Virus record (IMG/VR): IMGVR_UViG_3300025585_000040
Coordinates: 13,652 to 77,651 of that record
Reading direction: 5' to 3' (one strand)
DNA length: 64,000 nt
DNA from: a virus
Shown: piece by piece, positions 1 to 9,878 of the stretch
How positions within the stretch are numbered: the stretch's first letter is position 1
Layout of the letters: the number at the start of each line of letters is the position of its first letter
The notes under the pieces: generated by a model
What the model was told of the DNA's origin: nothing
The model's database searches: none
What the model saw: the letters and a program-made list of their open reading frames with translations, nothing else
Translations under genes and position numbers: made by a program

Positions 1-162
1 GATTTGAGGGCGCGTCCCCACCGTGGCCAACGGAAAGGGACGGTCAGTTACCAAGCGCAGGAGACAGCAAAAACTACGCTTCCCTCGGATAAAGGGCCTG
101 ACGCTGTCCTTCTTCGGCCCATATTATAATAAGGCTTATGCACTGTCTAAAATCCCTTACCC

Positions 163-393
163 GTGGTAACCTTAAGCAAACCAAAATTAATAGGATGCGT
201 CTCTAGTGATTCCGGCAACCTCAGTGTGCTGGACCCGTGCCATCTCACAGTGTCTGAATCTGGTGAGGTACGCCTTCCGGCCTGGAACCTACACACAAAC
301 TTCAGCACCGAGCTTGGCGACGGCGAGTTCACCGTCTATGAGCAGAGGGACCGGCGAGGTAGACTGAGAAGAGTGGTAATTGAAATCGATTGA
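163..393 (+). CDS. hypothetical protein
   Basis: ORF downstream of a TATAAT box (~125-130); 4-nt overlap with next ORF. Confidence 0.5.
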   Translation: MVTLSKPKLIGCVSSDSGNLSVLDPCHLTVSESGEVRLPAWNLHTNFSTELGDGEFTVYEQRDRRGRLRRVVIEID

Positions 394-656
394 CCCCGGT
401 TGACCCCAGGAAAACGCCGAACAAGTGGCTGCAGGCAGCGCTGCTGGACATGCTCGAGCAGAACACCGAGGAGTCGCGAGCGGATCTGGTGGAAGCAATT
501 CAAATCCTCAGCCAGTCAATAGAACCTGGAGTAGTTGACTCAAGTTTTGGTCCTTGGATAGATCAATATCTTGAGCTTTTGGCTGAACACGAAAGCAATC
601 AAAATAACGTTCGCCAACAGTATTCGCCAGAGGATCAACAGGCATCACCCCAGTGA
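390..656 (+). CDS. hypothetical protein
   Basis: Coupled to upstream ORF by TTGA overlap; helical, acidic composition. Confidence 0.5.
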   Translation: MTPVDPRKTPNKWLQAALLDMLEQNTEESRADLVEAIQILSQSIEPGVVDSSFGPWIDQYLELLAEHESNQNNVRQQYSPEDQQASPQ

Positions 657-1206
657 TGTTGAAGGTTTTACGGATTGAATCATTCGCATAGGGCGGGCGA
701 TACCAGTAAAACTCTCGTTTGAAGGGGTCGATCACCCACTCAGGGTGGTAGCGGTGCCAGCGACTCCAGGCGCGGAACTGCCGATCTGGATCTCCTGAGG
801 TGCAGTCCAGAACGATGGCGTCGCCAGGGGGAATCATCCATCGCATACGGAGCACTTCCTCGAAGCCCCGCTTGATGGCCTTGATCCCTGAACGACCGTG
901 AAAATGATTATCAATCGAACGACGACGTTTATTCTTGCGCTTCCAATACCAATCGTTTAGCTGACGGCGAGATTTACCGATAGCAAAACCTACATTCCAC
1001 ACCCAGAACCCTTCCTCGTACTGTGACAGAGGTTCAAAGAAAATTTTGCAGAGTTGACCATCGACAGTAAATGTAGAAGAGGTAAACTTGCGGCAAACTC
1101 TGTACGACATTGTGGAAGAACTCCTTAGACTTATACAGTCAGACCCAGAACTCTGGGAAATTATTGAGCAATTAAAGCACCAGGACGAAAGCCCAGAAGA
1201 CTTCAT
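508..1206 (-). CDS. hypothetical protein (true start probably ~1110, MSYRVCRK)
   Basis: 232-aa ORF with globular, Trp-rich sequence; ends overlap neighbours. Confidence 0.5.
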   Translation of the reverse strand: MKSSGLSSWCFNCSIISQSSGSDCISLRSSSTMSYRVCRKFTSSTFTVDGQLCKIFFEPLSQYEEGFWVWNVGFAIGKSRRQLNDWYWKRKNKRRRSIDNHFHGRSGIKAIKRGFEEVLRMRWMIPPGDAIVLDCTSGDPDRQFRAWSRWHRYHPEWVIDPFKREFYWYRPPYANDSIRKTFNITGVMPVDPLANTVGERYFDCFRVQPKAQDIDLSKDQNLSQLLQVLLTG

Positions 1207-1396
1207 CCTCAGCGTAGCGCAAATGTTATCGGTTGAGTTCCAAGAGTTGCACCGTACGGATCTCAGCGATAAATTGGCCGCATTGTTCGGTGGTCTACCT
1301 CCTGCGGCATTTCAGATGGTTCCTCTGCTGTTGCACATTGCCCTCGATATTTTCCTGCTGAAGGCAATTCCCAATCACGACGCGATTCGAGACTGA
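1088..1396 (+). CDS. hypothetical protein
   Basis: GAGG Shine-Dalgarno before TTG start; first gene of operon with polA. Confidence 0.6.
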   Translation: MRQTLYDIVEELLRLIQSDPELWEIIEQLKHQDESPEDFILSVAQMLSVEFQELHRTDLSDKLAALFGGLPPAAFQMVPLLLHIALDIFLLKAIPNHDAIRD

Positions 1397-1399
1397 GCC

Positions 1400-1633
1400 A
1401 TGCAGACAGGATACGTGATCTGCTCCCCAGATTTGGAGCATGTGTTGTGCCTGACGGAAGGCCGCGACGGTGTGCGGCTGGTCCCAGTTGAGACGACCAA
1501 GGAGCTGAACAAATCGATTTGCTTGTCGGACCTGACTGAGGCGAAAAATATTTACAAAAGGCTTCAGGATTCGGGGTTGATTAATAGCCTCGAGATCTGT
1601 AATGTGGCAAGGCTCTATAAAAAGTTCTACTGA
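1400..1633 (+). CDS. hypothetical protein
   Basis: Tightly packed between neighbours on the same strand. Confidence 0.6.
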   Translation: MQTGYVICSPDLEHVLCLTEGRDGVRLVPVETTKELNKSICLSDLTEAKNIYKRLQDSGLINSLEICNVARLYKKFY

Positions 1634-1642
1634 TCCGATCTT

Positions 1643-3490
1643 ATGTTGAGTCTCATTTGCGACATTGAAACGAATGGGCTCCTCCACGAATTGGATCGGG
1701 TTCACTGCATAGTTCTGCGAGACGTAACTACTGGTGAGGTATGGAGCTGTGCTGACCAGCCAGGGTATGTACCACTAGGAGAAGCGCTCGAGCTGATCCG
1801 CCGTGCAGATCGGCTTGTCGGGCACAACCTGATAAATTTTGACCTCAGGGCGCTAAAGAAGGTTTATCCTAATCTCAACCTGAGACCCGACTGCGACATC
1901 GTAGACACACTCATCATGAGTCGTGTTCTGTGGCCAGAGTTAGATCCTGTTGACGAGCAAAAGTTCTCTCACATCGACAAGAAATACAGGGGGCGACACT
2001 CACTTGCTGCCTGGGGCGAGCGGTTGGGCGTAGCAAAGATCAAATTCCAAGAAAATCAGAAGAAAGATCCAGATGTCGACAATGTCTGGGATCATTGGAG
2101 CGCTGAGATGCAGGAATACTGCGTCGGCGACACACTGGTAACTCAAGAACTCTATGCGTACCTTGTCACCCAAGAATTGGATCCCCGCTGCCATAAGTTG
2201 GAGCACGACTTTGCTAAAGTCATGGCACTCCAAGAGGAATTCGGTTTCCCATTTAATGAGAAAGCGGCCTTCGCATTGGTTAACACCCTTAAGGCTCGTA
2301 GGGGTGAGCTCGACGATCAGCTCCAGGAAATATTCCCACCTATTGTCGAAGAAAGAATCTCCGCTAAAACAGGACGCAAACTTAAAACTAAGGTCACTCC
2401 GTTTAACGCCGGTTCGCGTACGCAAATTGCCGATCGGTTACGAGAGCGTTATCCTGAAATTAAGTTCGAATACAGCGAAAAGGGGAATCCGAAAGTCGAT
2501 GATGATGTTCTGGAGCTCCTTGGAGAGAAATATCCGGAAGCTAAAGTCCTCGCTGAATATCAACTACTGAATAAGCGTCTCGGCCAAATCGCTGACGGTA
2601 AGGAGGCTTGGCTGAAACACTGTCGGCGATATGGCGACGGCCGGATCCACGGTGGCGTCAAGACGAATGCTTGTGTGAGCGGACGTTGTAGCCACGTTTC
2701 TCCAAACATGGCGCAAGTTCCGTCTGTCGGACACACCTACGGTGCTGAATGTCGTGCGTTATTTACGGCACCAGAGGGTTGGATGTTGATCGGTACTGAC
2801 GCGGCAGGTTTGGAGTTACGTGCGCTCGGAGCTTGGTTAGCGCATTTTGATGGCGGAGAATATGCAAAACTTGTGAGTACAGACGGGTTCGATGTTCATA
2901 CTTATAACGCCAAATTGTTTGGTATTTATGACGGCCAAGGTGAGATTCAGAAAGCAACTAGAGACCTGAGTAAGCGTCTAATTTACGCCCTGCTGTACGG
3001 GGCTGGGGCTAAAAAAGTAGGCAGCGTCGTCGATATAACGTTAAGTGAGCAACAGCAATATGAGGTAGGGAAAAAGACTATCGATACTTTCTACCGTAAT
3101 CTACCAGCAATCAAGAAGTTGAAAGATAAAATTGATGAGCGAATTACGACGCGTGGTTACCTCGTCGGGATCGACGGTAGGCATCTTCAAATCCGCTCCA
3201 GGCACTCAGCTTTGAATCAACTGCTTCAGTCGACTGGGGCTGTGGTAATGAAGAAAGCTACCTGTATTTTACACGAAGATCTGGAAGCCGCTGGATTAAA
3301 GCACGGGAAAGATTACGGATTCTGTGCCAACATTCACGACGAATATCAGATTGCTGTACTACCTAACTATGTAGAACAAGTGCAGGAAGTATCGATTAAA
3401 GCAATCGAGAAGTCGGGTGAGTTCTTTGGTTTACTGTGCCCGTTCACTGGGGAATCCAGGTCTGGATACAATTGGAAAGAAACTCATTGA
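1643..3490 (+). CDS. polA: family A DNA polymerase (T7 gp5-like) with 3'-5' exonuclease
   Basis: ExoI DIETNG, ExoII GHNLINFD, ExoIII YCVGD; motif A DAAGLELR, motif B RDLSKRLIYALLYG, motif C IHDEYQ. Confidence 0.96.
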   Translation: MLSLICDIETNGLLHELDRVHCIVLRDVTTGEVWSCADQPGYVPLGEALELIRRADRLVGHNLINFDLRALKKVYPNLNLRPDCDIVDTLIMSRVLWPELDPVDEQKFSHIDKKYRGRHSLAAWGERLGVAKIKFQENQKKDPDVDNVWDHWSAEMQEYCVGDTLVTQELYAYLVTQELDPRCHKLEHDFAKVMALQEEFGFPFNEKAAFALVNTLKARRGELDDQLQEIFPPIVEERISAKTGRKLKTKVTPFNAGSRTQIADRLRERYPEIKFEYSEKGNPKVDDDVLELLGEKYPEAKVLAEYQLLNKRLGQIADGKEAWLKHCRRYGDGRIHGGVKTNACVSGRCSHVSPNMAQVPSVGHTYGAECRALFTAPEGWMLIGTDAAGLELRALGAWLAHFDGGEYAKLVSTDGFDVHTYNAKLFGIYDGQGEIQKATRDLSKRLIYALLYGAGAKKVGSVVDITLSEQQQYEVGKKTIDTFYRNLPAIKKLKDKIDERITTRGYLVGIDGRHLQIRSRHSALNQLLQSTGAVVMKKATCILHEDLEAAGLKHGKDYGFCANIHDEYQIAVLPNYVEQVQEVSIKAIEKSGEFFGLLCPFTGESRSGYNWKETH

Positions 3491-4801
3491 TTAACGACTA
3501 ATCTCTTCAAAGTCCATTGAGGCGTGAATAGCCGCAGTATTTATATCCGCTGCGGCAGTCAGTGTCAACTCAAAGGGAGTGGAAGTAAAAGAATCTCTTT
3601 CTAATTGGAAAGAAAATAACGCTTCCTTTAGGATGTCGACAACCGCAGAACCCTGGTTAGAGCCAAATGTAAAACCGCTGGCTAATGTCCTGCCTGTGCC
3701 AGTGGTAAAGCTGGTTCCGGTAATGTTGTACTCCACGGCAGAATCTGTCGCTGCACTAACCCATGTTCCACCTGTTGTGGTGCCGCTGGCAACTACACGC
3801 CAATTATATGTAGCATTGTTGGTCAGACCGAGGATGGATAAGGCAGTGAGGATAACGATGGCGTCTAAGCGATCCGGAGATGTTTTAAGTCGAACTGAAA
3901 TAACTGGGTAATAAGTACCAGCAGTTGCCAGTGAGCTAGGCGTGAGAATAGGAGTAGAAACAGCCCGCTGTGCACCGCGTAATTCATATCCACCCTCTGA
4001 AATCACAGTAGAGCACACCTGTTTTAATGTGCTGCTACTTGCAGTTACGCCTAAATTCTCGATCTCGTAACGTAATGGAAGAGACGCGGTCGTGATGTAA
4101 GTCGCTGTGATGAAATTAGCATGATTGAATGAATGGCAGTGAACGAATGTACCGTCAATTACAAAGCCAAGACGAACAGTACCAAGGCCCAACCATTCAA
4201 CATCCATCCAAAAAATTTGAGCTTTCGTAATATCAAGTACAACTCCAGAAGGACCGGTTCCGTCTAGCTTGTCGACATTCCAATCTGCTTGTGCAACCCG
4301 CGTTTCTAATGGCGATCCACTAACTGAACTACGCTCTACTAAAGATAATGTGCTTCCTGAGAGTTCAATGTACATCCCATTTGCAGCTCCAAAATAACCG
4401 ACACGCTGCCGTAAATTTGTTTTGGCTGGATTTAGTACAAAAGTACTGAGAACAAGAAGACTCTTCCCTGGCTGATAAGAAAATACTTTTTTGGTTTCGC
4501 GGTAAACTTTAGATCCTGATGTAGTGTCAACAGTCAGATTCACAAGACCTTCATTAACACTAAATGTCGCCGCTCCTCCGCTGGCTGTACTTGTTGACCA
4601 TAAACCATTATCTGCGTAGCGGTGACTCGAATCAAATAGCGTGAGCGGCTGAGCAACGCGCAAGCGACCGAATGCATCTCCAGATGTTGAGGCTTCCCCA
4701 GGTAGTTGAGGCGAAATAGCAACGTTCAGGACCCTGTCGTCAGGATTGATAACCTGGACAACTTCGTAGCGGTTATGGTCCCGAGCGATGACTGTTGCCA
4801 T
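3491..4801 (-). CDS. putative virion structural protein
   Basis: Ser/Thr/Gly-rich beta-type sequence with DAFGRLRV motif common in aquatic phage structural proteins. Confidence 0.6.
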   Translation of the reverse strand: MATVIARDHNRYEVVQVINPDDRVLNVAISPQLPGEASTSGDAFGRLRVAQPLTLFDSSHRYADNGLWSTSTASGGAATFSVNEGLVNLTVDTTSGSKVYRETKKVFSYQPGKSLLVLSTFVLNPAKTNLRQRVGYFGAANGMYIELSGSTLSLVERSSVSGSPLETRVAQADWNVDKLDGTGPSGVVLDITKAQIFWMDVEWLGLGTVRLGFVIDGTFVHCHSFNHANFITATYITTASLPLRYEIENLGVTASSSTLKQVCSTVISEGGYELRGAQRAVSTPILTPSSLATAGTYYPVISVRLKTSPDRLDAIVILTALSILGLTNNATYNWRVVASGTTTGGTWVSAATDSAVEYNITGTSFTTGTGRTLASGFTFGSNQGSAVVDILKEALFSFQLERDSFTSTPFELTLTAAADINTAAIHASMDFEEISR

Positions 4802-4803
4802 TG

Positions 4804-6369
4804 TTACCTATTGAAATAAGGAAGCCTGCCCCTCTGGAGCTGACCAAAGAAGTATTGTAACTCGTTTCCAGCCTTTCTAGTCCTGTTAGCCCAAGCACTT
4901 CTTGCTTGCTGTGCAGCAGATTGTGCCTGAGTGATAATATTACCCTCTCCGGCTACAGATCCTCTTGGAACAATTACCGGTTTATTGTTCTTGTAAGCAA
5001 TTCCCTTGTTCGTGTATCTTCCCTGAGGATCAAGAACGGTATTGCTCCTTGTGTCAACGAATTGACCCTCCGGTCCGAGTCGTTCAATTGCTGCCGTAGG
5101 TCTGCCTCCCAGACTTTCAGAACTGATTGGATCAGTTAAAGCACTTACCAAAGATTCTTGAGGAGAAGCACCTAGAGCGTAGTTAATTCCTGCATCAAGT
5201 AAAAATGCTTTGGTTGCAGGCTTGGCAGAAGAAAGGGCAACTTGTGGCACGGCACGCGCAGCTCTCACAGGAGCTCCGAGAGACCCGCGACCTTCGAGTA
5301 TGTTCCGACCAATTAAATAATTACGCGTACCAACAGCCTTTTGGAATGGTGTGAAATCAGGAGCAGGACCAGTTCCAAGCGCACTTGGCTTAGATGCGTC
5401 GAAGTTATCTAAGAACTCTGTATATGGCTGGATAGGTAATAGACGTTCGCTGCCTCTGGTAAACATTTGTACGTTACCAGACGAACCCCCATATGGACCT
5501 TTAATCTCCACTTCTGTCATGGGGCCAGCTAACCCCGCCTTTTCATATAAATTTGCCCTCCAGTATTCATCACCACCTGGGCGCAACGTTCTGGAGGATT
5601 CACGTACTGGCGTTAGTTGAGAGACAGAACCAAAAGGTTTTTCAGCTTGTAAGATTTGTTCTTTAAAAGTATCAAGAGTTGATTGTTTGAGATTTTGTGG
5701 TAACTCAAATCCACGATCTCTCCAATAAGATGGCGTTGCCATCTCACCACTCGGTCTAATTATTGCTGAGGGCCTTTTGCTCAGTCTGTCAATTTCCTCT
5801 TGAGATGATGCTCTTAAGGGTCCTGACTCCGCTAAAGGTGTACCTGCGTCCTCTGCTTGGTAAGCAGCTCGACTATTCTCATAGTTTCGTGGATCTTGAA
5901 ATATTTCCTCGATATCACGCTTATTCACATCGCTAACATTTGGTGCAGTTTCAAACCCGTAGTCCACAGTTGTTCCTGTGGGTACGCGAAAATCTTTCAA
6001 AAAACGCTGAGCTGCACTAGTAGGAGTTCCACCACCAGGGAAAGGTAGTGACTCAAATTTCATTTGCCAAGGGTTTTTTGTCGTCGGATCAACTGCTCCG
6101 GGTATATCTATAATGCTTTCTTTACCACCGGAAAGGCCAAATAAGCTATCAGATTCCTGGATCTCCCGCCTTACATTAGGACGCCCGCCAAATAATCGCT
6201 GCGCATCAAATGTTTGATTAACAATATTGTCTTTGTCGATTCCTTTGCGACCGATAATATTACCTTCGCCATAGAAATCAAGGATTTCCTGATCGGTGGT
6301 TGTATTACGAAGGTAATTGGTAAAGAAATCGTCTATCTTGCCACGAATTCCTTTGGTATCTTCAGGCAC
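4804..6369 (-). CDS. hypothetical protein, possibly internal virion protein
   Basis: 521-aa ORF, low complexity, Gly/Pro/Ala-rich, co-oriented with 3491..4801. Confidence 0.55.
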   Translation of the reverse strand: MPEDTKGIRGKIDDFFTNYLRNTTTDQEILDFYGEGNIIGRKGIDKDNIVNQTFDAQRLFGGRPNVRREIQESDSLFGLSGGKESIIDIPGAVDPTTKNPWQMKFESLPFPGGGTPTSAAQRFLKDFRVPTGTTVDYGFETAPNVSDVNKRDIEEIFQDPRNYENSRAAYQAEDAGTPLAESGPLRASSQEEIDRLSKRPSAIIRPSGEMATPSYWRDRGFELPQNLKQSTLDTFKEQILQAEKPFGSVSQLTPVRESSRTLRPGGDEYWRANLYEKAGLAGPMTEVEIKGPYGGSSGNVQMFTRGSERLLPIQPYTEFLDNFDASKPSALGTGPAPDFTPFQKAVGTRNYLIGRNILEGRGSLGAPVRAARAVPQVALSSAKPATKAFLLDAGINYALGASPQESLVSALTDPISSESLGGRPTAAIERLGPEGQFVDTRSNTVLDPQGRYTNKGIAYKNNKPVIVPRGSVAGEGNIITQAQSAAQQARSAWANRTRKAGNELQYFFGQLQRGRLPYFNR

Positions 6370-6443
6370 AGTTTGGCTTAATAGTCTCTTCTACTTGCCA
6401 TTCTACATAAACCTAGTACACTGTACATGCTTCCGCTACTCCC

Positions 6444-6614
6444 ATGGAACACCAACGGTTCTACGACATCAAGAAGTCGCTCGAGGACATGTCGATGGAT
6501 GAGCTCGAGCAGATGAGTAAAGATCTTAACAAATTGGTACATGTGCTCGTCTCGCGCCAGATTGCGGTAGAAGACACAATCCTGGAGCGCCTGGAGGGTG
6601 TGTTCGCTCAGTGA
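6444..6614 (+). CDS. small coiled-coil hypothetical protein (56 aa, not in ORF track)
   Basis: MEHQRFYDIKKSLEDMSMDELEQMSKDLNKLVHVLVSRQIAVEDTILERLEGVFAQ; stop overlaps the dCMP deaminase start (GTGA). Confidence 0.55.
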   Translation: MEHQRFYDIKKSLEDMSMDELEQMSKDLNKLVHVLVSRQIAVEDTILERLEGVFAQ

Positions 6615-7063
6615 CAAATGATGAACGAAAGTGGCACTACCGCTTCCTTCGATTAGCAAGTGAGATCGCGGAATTCAGTAAGGATCCATCAACCAAAGTA
6701 GGCTGCATCCTTGTCCGTGATCGCCGCATCATCAGCACTGGCTACAACGGTTTCCCTAGAGGGATCAGTGACTCCTTCGACCGGTTGCTGGACCGAGACA
6801 AGAAGTACGAAATGACCGTCCACGCTGAGATCAACGCAGTCACAACCGCTGCTCTCCATGGGGTCAGTACGGAGGGGTCGACAGCTTATGTCACCTTTCA
6901 ACCATGTAGCCGCTGCGCTGCAGTACTGATCAACGCTGGCATCCGAGAGGTCTATGTAACAGCTGATACCTTGATTCCGGATCGGTGGTTGGACAACATG
7001 ATCCTTGCCGCTAACCTCTTGAAGGAGGCTGGCATCCTCCTCACAACACTAGACCCGTCTTGA
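6611..7063 (+). CDS. dCMP deaminase
   Basis: SKDPSTKVG, GYNGFPRG, HAEINA and PCSRC zinc motifs. Confidence 0.93.
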   Translation: MTNDERKWHYRFLRLASEIAEFSKDPSTKVGCILVRDRRIISTGYNGFPRGISDSFDRLLDRDKKYEMTVHAEINAVTTAALHGVSTEGSTAYVTFQPCSRCAAVLINAGIREVYVTADTLIPDRWLDNMILAANLLKEAGILLTTLDPS

Positions 7064-7067
7064 ACCC

Positions 7068-7784
7068 ATGAATTTGATCGTTGCCTCCGCCAACTACGTC
7101 GGTGAAACCTTTACCGATAGCGGCCTCCGCTTCATGGAATTGACGATTGCTGCGAGCGGAAAAAACAACGCCCCGGTTCCCCTATTCCTTGTCCCGAACA
7201 AGGCTGCAGGAGACTCCTTTGATGCGTTCGCTCCAGGTTGTCAGCTCCTGGTGAGCGGTCGGCTGTACCCAAATCGTAACGACTACAAGATGTATGTCGT
7301 ACCGACACAGCCGCTGCAGGTGGTCTCGAAGGACCTGAGCATGAATCAGGTAAACCTTGCAGGCGGTGTCGGTTTCATCCAGGAGAAGAAGCTGGAAGAT
7401 CTCTTCGGTTTCAGCCTGATGTGCAAAGCTCCCAGCCAGCAGCTGCTCGGTCACACCTGGCAAGATTCGATGGGATTCCGGATCGAAAGCTGGGGCGATG
7501 ACGCCAAGCGTCTCGAGGCTCTGCTGTATGTAGGCCGGCAGATGGCGTTGACTGGTTCGCTCCGTTACAACACCTGGACTGCTAAGGATGGTGGTCAACG
7601 TGGCACCTACCAAGTGCGGGTACGGGCGTCACAATACTCCGTGTTTGGTAAAAACCAAGCCCGTGGTGAGGAGCAGACCACTGAGGTAGCCGCTGTGAAA
7701 GCAGCAGCGCCCGCACCGAAACTCCCACTCCAACAGGGTGCTGGAACACCAGCAAGTGTTGAGATGGACGAGATTCCCTTTTGA
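7068..7784 (+). CDS. ssb: single-stranded DNA-binding protein (probably two OB folds)
   Basis: GRQMALTGSLRYNTWTAKDG OB signature; acidic C-terminal tip DEIPF. Confidence 0.78.
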   Translation: MNLIVASANYVGETFTDSGLRFMELTIAASGKNNAPVPLFLVPNKAAGDSFDAFAPGCQLLVSGRLYPNRNDYKMYVVPTQPLQVVSKDLSMNQVNLAGGVGFIQEKKLEDLFGFSLMCKAPSQQLLGHTWQDSMGFRIESWGDDAKRLEALLYVGRQMALTGSLRYNTWTAKDGGQRGTYQVRVRASQYSVFGKNQARGEEQTTEVAAVKAAAPAPKLPLQQGAGTPASVEMDEIPF

Positions 7785-7845
7785 TTCATAAGTAAATTTA
7801 ATCCCCGGCCTCTTCCCGTTTTTCGGGGAGGGGCTATCGTTTTAG

Positions 7846-8808
7846 ATGCACCCACAAAGTGCGAGAACCCCTGCAACGACTGAAATGTCTGTTTTAGACC
7901 GGTACCTGAACACAGAAAAATACCAAGGTGAAATGCGGGAGCTGGTGAATGCCCAGATCCTGAACGACAAATCCCAGTGTGGCCTCTTCCTGAAGGACAC
8001 CGCCCTGGCTCGCATCGGCTGGTCCGGTGACGTGAAGGACTTCCCCAAGGCGGAAGAGTATGTCCACACCTACAACAACGGTGACAAGAACGAGGGCATC
8101 TTCTTTAAGACCCCTCGCATGGTGATCCTCCACTGCGGTTTCCGCAAGGATGTGACCTTCATCGAGAACTCCGAGAAGGGCGGCATCGACGGTATCTATC
8201 CCCGCGACAGCTACCTCTACGACGATTGGGAGGAGCAGAACCCTGGCAAGCCCTCCCCCTTCAAGCGCCGTCGCCTGGTGCTGATGTTCCTGGTGAACGC
8301 TGATGGTTTGGCCGTTCACAAGAAGCCGCTGATCCTCTCGATCCACGGGGGTGCCTCGAACCTGTTCTGCGACGCCTACGCCACGTTCATCGAACAGCTT
8401 GAGTCTGCCTTCGCCGACCGCATGGGCCTAAAGTCCGCTGCTGGTTTCGACCCCAAGCAGGCGGCTGCTGCGATCTTCACCCCGACCTTCGGCGCCCAAC
8501 TCTATGGCGGCGACAAGGCTAAGAGCTGGATCGCTTACCCCGAGAAGTGGCTCGTCCCTACGGCGGAAACCGTGGAAGACTTCTTCCCCAAGGAGTCTGA
8601 TGACATCGACTTCATCGAAACCGTGTGGGAGACGTGCCCGCCCACCGTTTACGCTGCCAACTTCTTCAAGCAGTGTGAGAAGGAGATCGGCTACCACGCG
8701 ATCAAGCCTGGTCTTGACTTCACCCTGCCTCCCGTGGATGGCGGTCGTGGAACCAAAGCTCTGTTCGGAGTTCGTGACGAAGAGACCGGGGAAGTTGTCC
8801 TCTCTTGA
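7846..8808 (+). CDS. conserved hypothetical protein (DUF5895-like), likely highly expressed replication/recombination factor
   Basis: 320-aa ORF after ssb with strong C/G-ending codon bias; family resemblance from memory only. Confidence 0.55.
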   Translation: MHPQSARTPATTEMSVLDRYLNTEKYQGEMRELVNAQILNDKSQCGLFLKDTALARIGWSGDVKDFPKAEEYVHTYNNGDKNEGIFFKTPRMVILHCGFRKDVTFIENSEKGGIDGIYPRDSYLYDDWEEQNPGKPSPFKRRRLVLMFLVNADGLAVHKKPLILSIHGGASNLFCDAYATFIEQLESAFADRMGLKSAAGFDPKQAAAAIFTPTFGAQLYGGDKAKSWIAYPEKWLVPTAETVEDFFPKESDDIDFIETVWETCPPTVYAANFFKQCEKEIGYHAIKPGLDFTLPPVDGGRGTKALFGVRDEETGEVVLS

Positions 8809-8836
8809 CCTAGTCGCTAGCCTGTAACTGGTGCAG

Positions 8837-8863
8837 GAGCCGCTCCTTCGGGGGCGGTTTTTT
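8837..8863 (+). terminator. intrinsic terminator
   Basis: GAGCCGCTCC-TTCG-GGGGCGGTTT followed by T run, between convergent genes. Confidence 0.85.
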
Positions 8864-9113
8864 ATTCGCTGCGGATTGTGCGAGTGCCGCCCATCTCCAG
8901 GTCAGCCAACCGACGTACCAAACCACGGATGACAGCCTGTCGTCCGACAGCAAGCTGAAGCAGCTTCTTGGCTCCTTCGCGGAGGTGATCGGGGTCGGTC
9001 GCCTTATCTAATTCGTTGCTCAATCTTGCGATCTGGAATTCGTCCTCCATCGACAAGGAAAAATCATCCGGATCAAACTGAAATTCTATGAGCTCAAAGC
9101 TGGACATAGCCAC
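8862..9113 (-). CDS. NblA-like phycobilisome degradation protein (divergent copy)
   Basis: DFSLSMEDEFQI resembles the NblA N-terminal LSxEqqF motif; helix-loop-helix length; ends RQAVIRGLVR. Confidence 0.55.
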   Translation of the reverse strand: MAMSSFELIEFQFDPDDFSLSMEDEFQIARLSNELDKATDPDHLREGAKKLLQLAVGRQAVIRGLVRRLADLEMGGTRTIRSE

Positions 9114-9243
9114 CGAGCATAATGTTTAGTCTAACTAGATACAATTCTTAGTGTGTAATAGAGACTACAAAGAGAAAGTTAAGATTAAGGCTTGCACAGC
9201 TGGAAAAATACGGTAGCCTGTCAAGGCCAACCACTTCACCACT

Positions 9244-9384
9244 ATGGCTACCAAGAGGTCCTTGACTGGTCAACTGCACCGCGAGCCAGTCAAGAAGCGC
9301 ACGTCCATCGGGCACGGGATGCGTAAGCGCGGCTCATTTAAAAAGCGTGGCGAAAAACGTTACGCGGCCCAAGGTAAAGGCTAA
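9244..9384 (+). CDS. small Lys/Arg-rich protein (46 aa, not in ORF track)
   Basis: MATKRSLTGQLHREPVKKRTSIGHGMRKRGSFKKRGEKRYAAQGKG; resembles cyanophage basic peptides ending in Y-x-GQG. Confidence 0.65.
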   Translation: MATKRSLTGQLHREPVKKRTSIGHGMRKRGSFKKRGEKRYAAQGKG

Positions 9385-9878
9385 CAAGTTTCCCCGAAAA
9401 ATCTAATTTCGGCTTCCTTCCTCACCTTGGCAGCTTCTTCAACTGTAGAAAAGCTGCCAAGGTGCACTGCCTTCTGATTTACTTTTATCTGTGCATAATA
9501 AACATTATCGCGTTTATTGTAGCTAACGCCGCGCACGCCAGTTTTATTATGTTTGAATAATCCAGTATTTATAGCATTGAGTGAATGAGGTACTAAGCGT
9601 AAATTTTGAATCCGGTTATCAAGCGGATCTCTATTGATATGGTCTACAACCCTGTCTCCTGGGTCTTCTCCGTAATGAAGAGCATATACGATTCTCTGTA
9701 CCGTATAATACTGTCCATCTATGGCTACAAACCAATACTTGCCTTTAGTGCCAGCAGGTAAGCCCGCTTTTAGGCGACCTCTAGTTACTAGATTCCTAAG
9801 ACCACTGGGGGAGGTTTCATCAATTTCGAAAACTTGACGCAGCCTGTCTATTGAAGGAAGGGGCTTGAATGTGGCCAT
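9381..9878 (-). mobile_element. free-standing HNH-AP2 homing endonuclease (start MATFKPLP)
   Basis: VDHINRDPLDNRIQNLR HNH motif, NKTGVRGVS linker, HLGSFSTVEEAAKVR AP2 domain; opposite strand to neighbours. Confidence 0.9.

Noticed and set aside
6378-6659. 93-aa - strand ORF
   Set aside because: The + strand 56-aa ORF 6444..6614 is coupled to dCMP deaminase and fits better.
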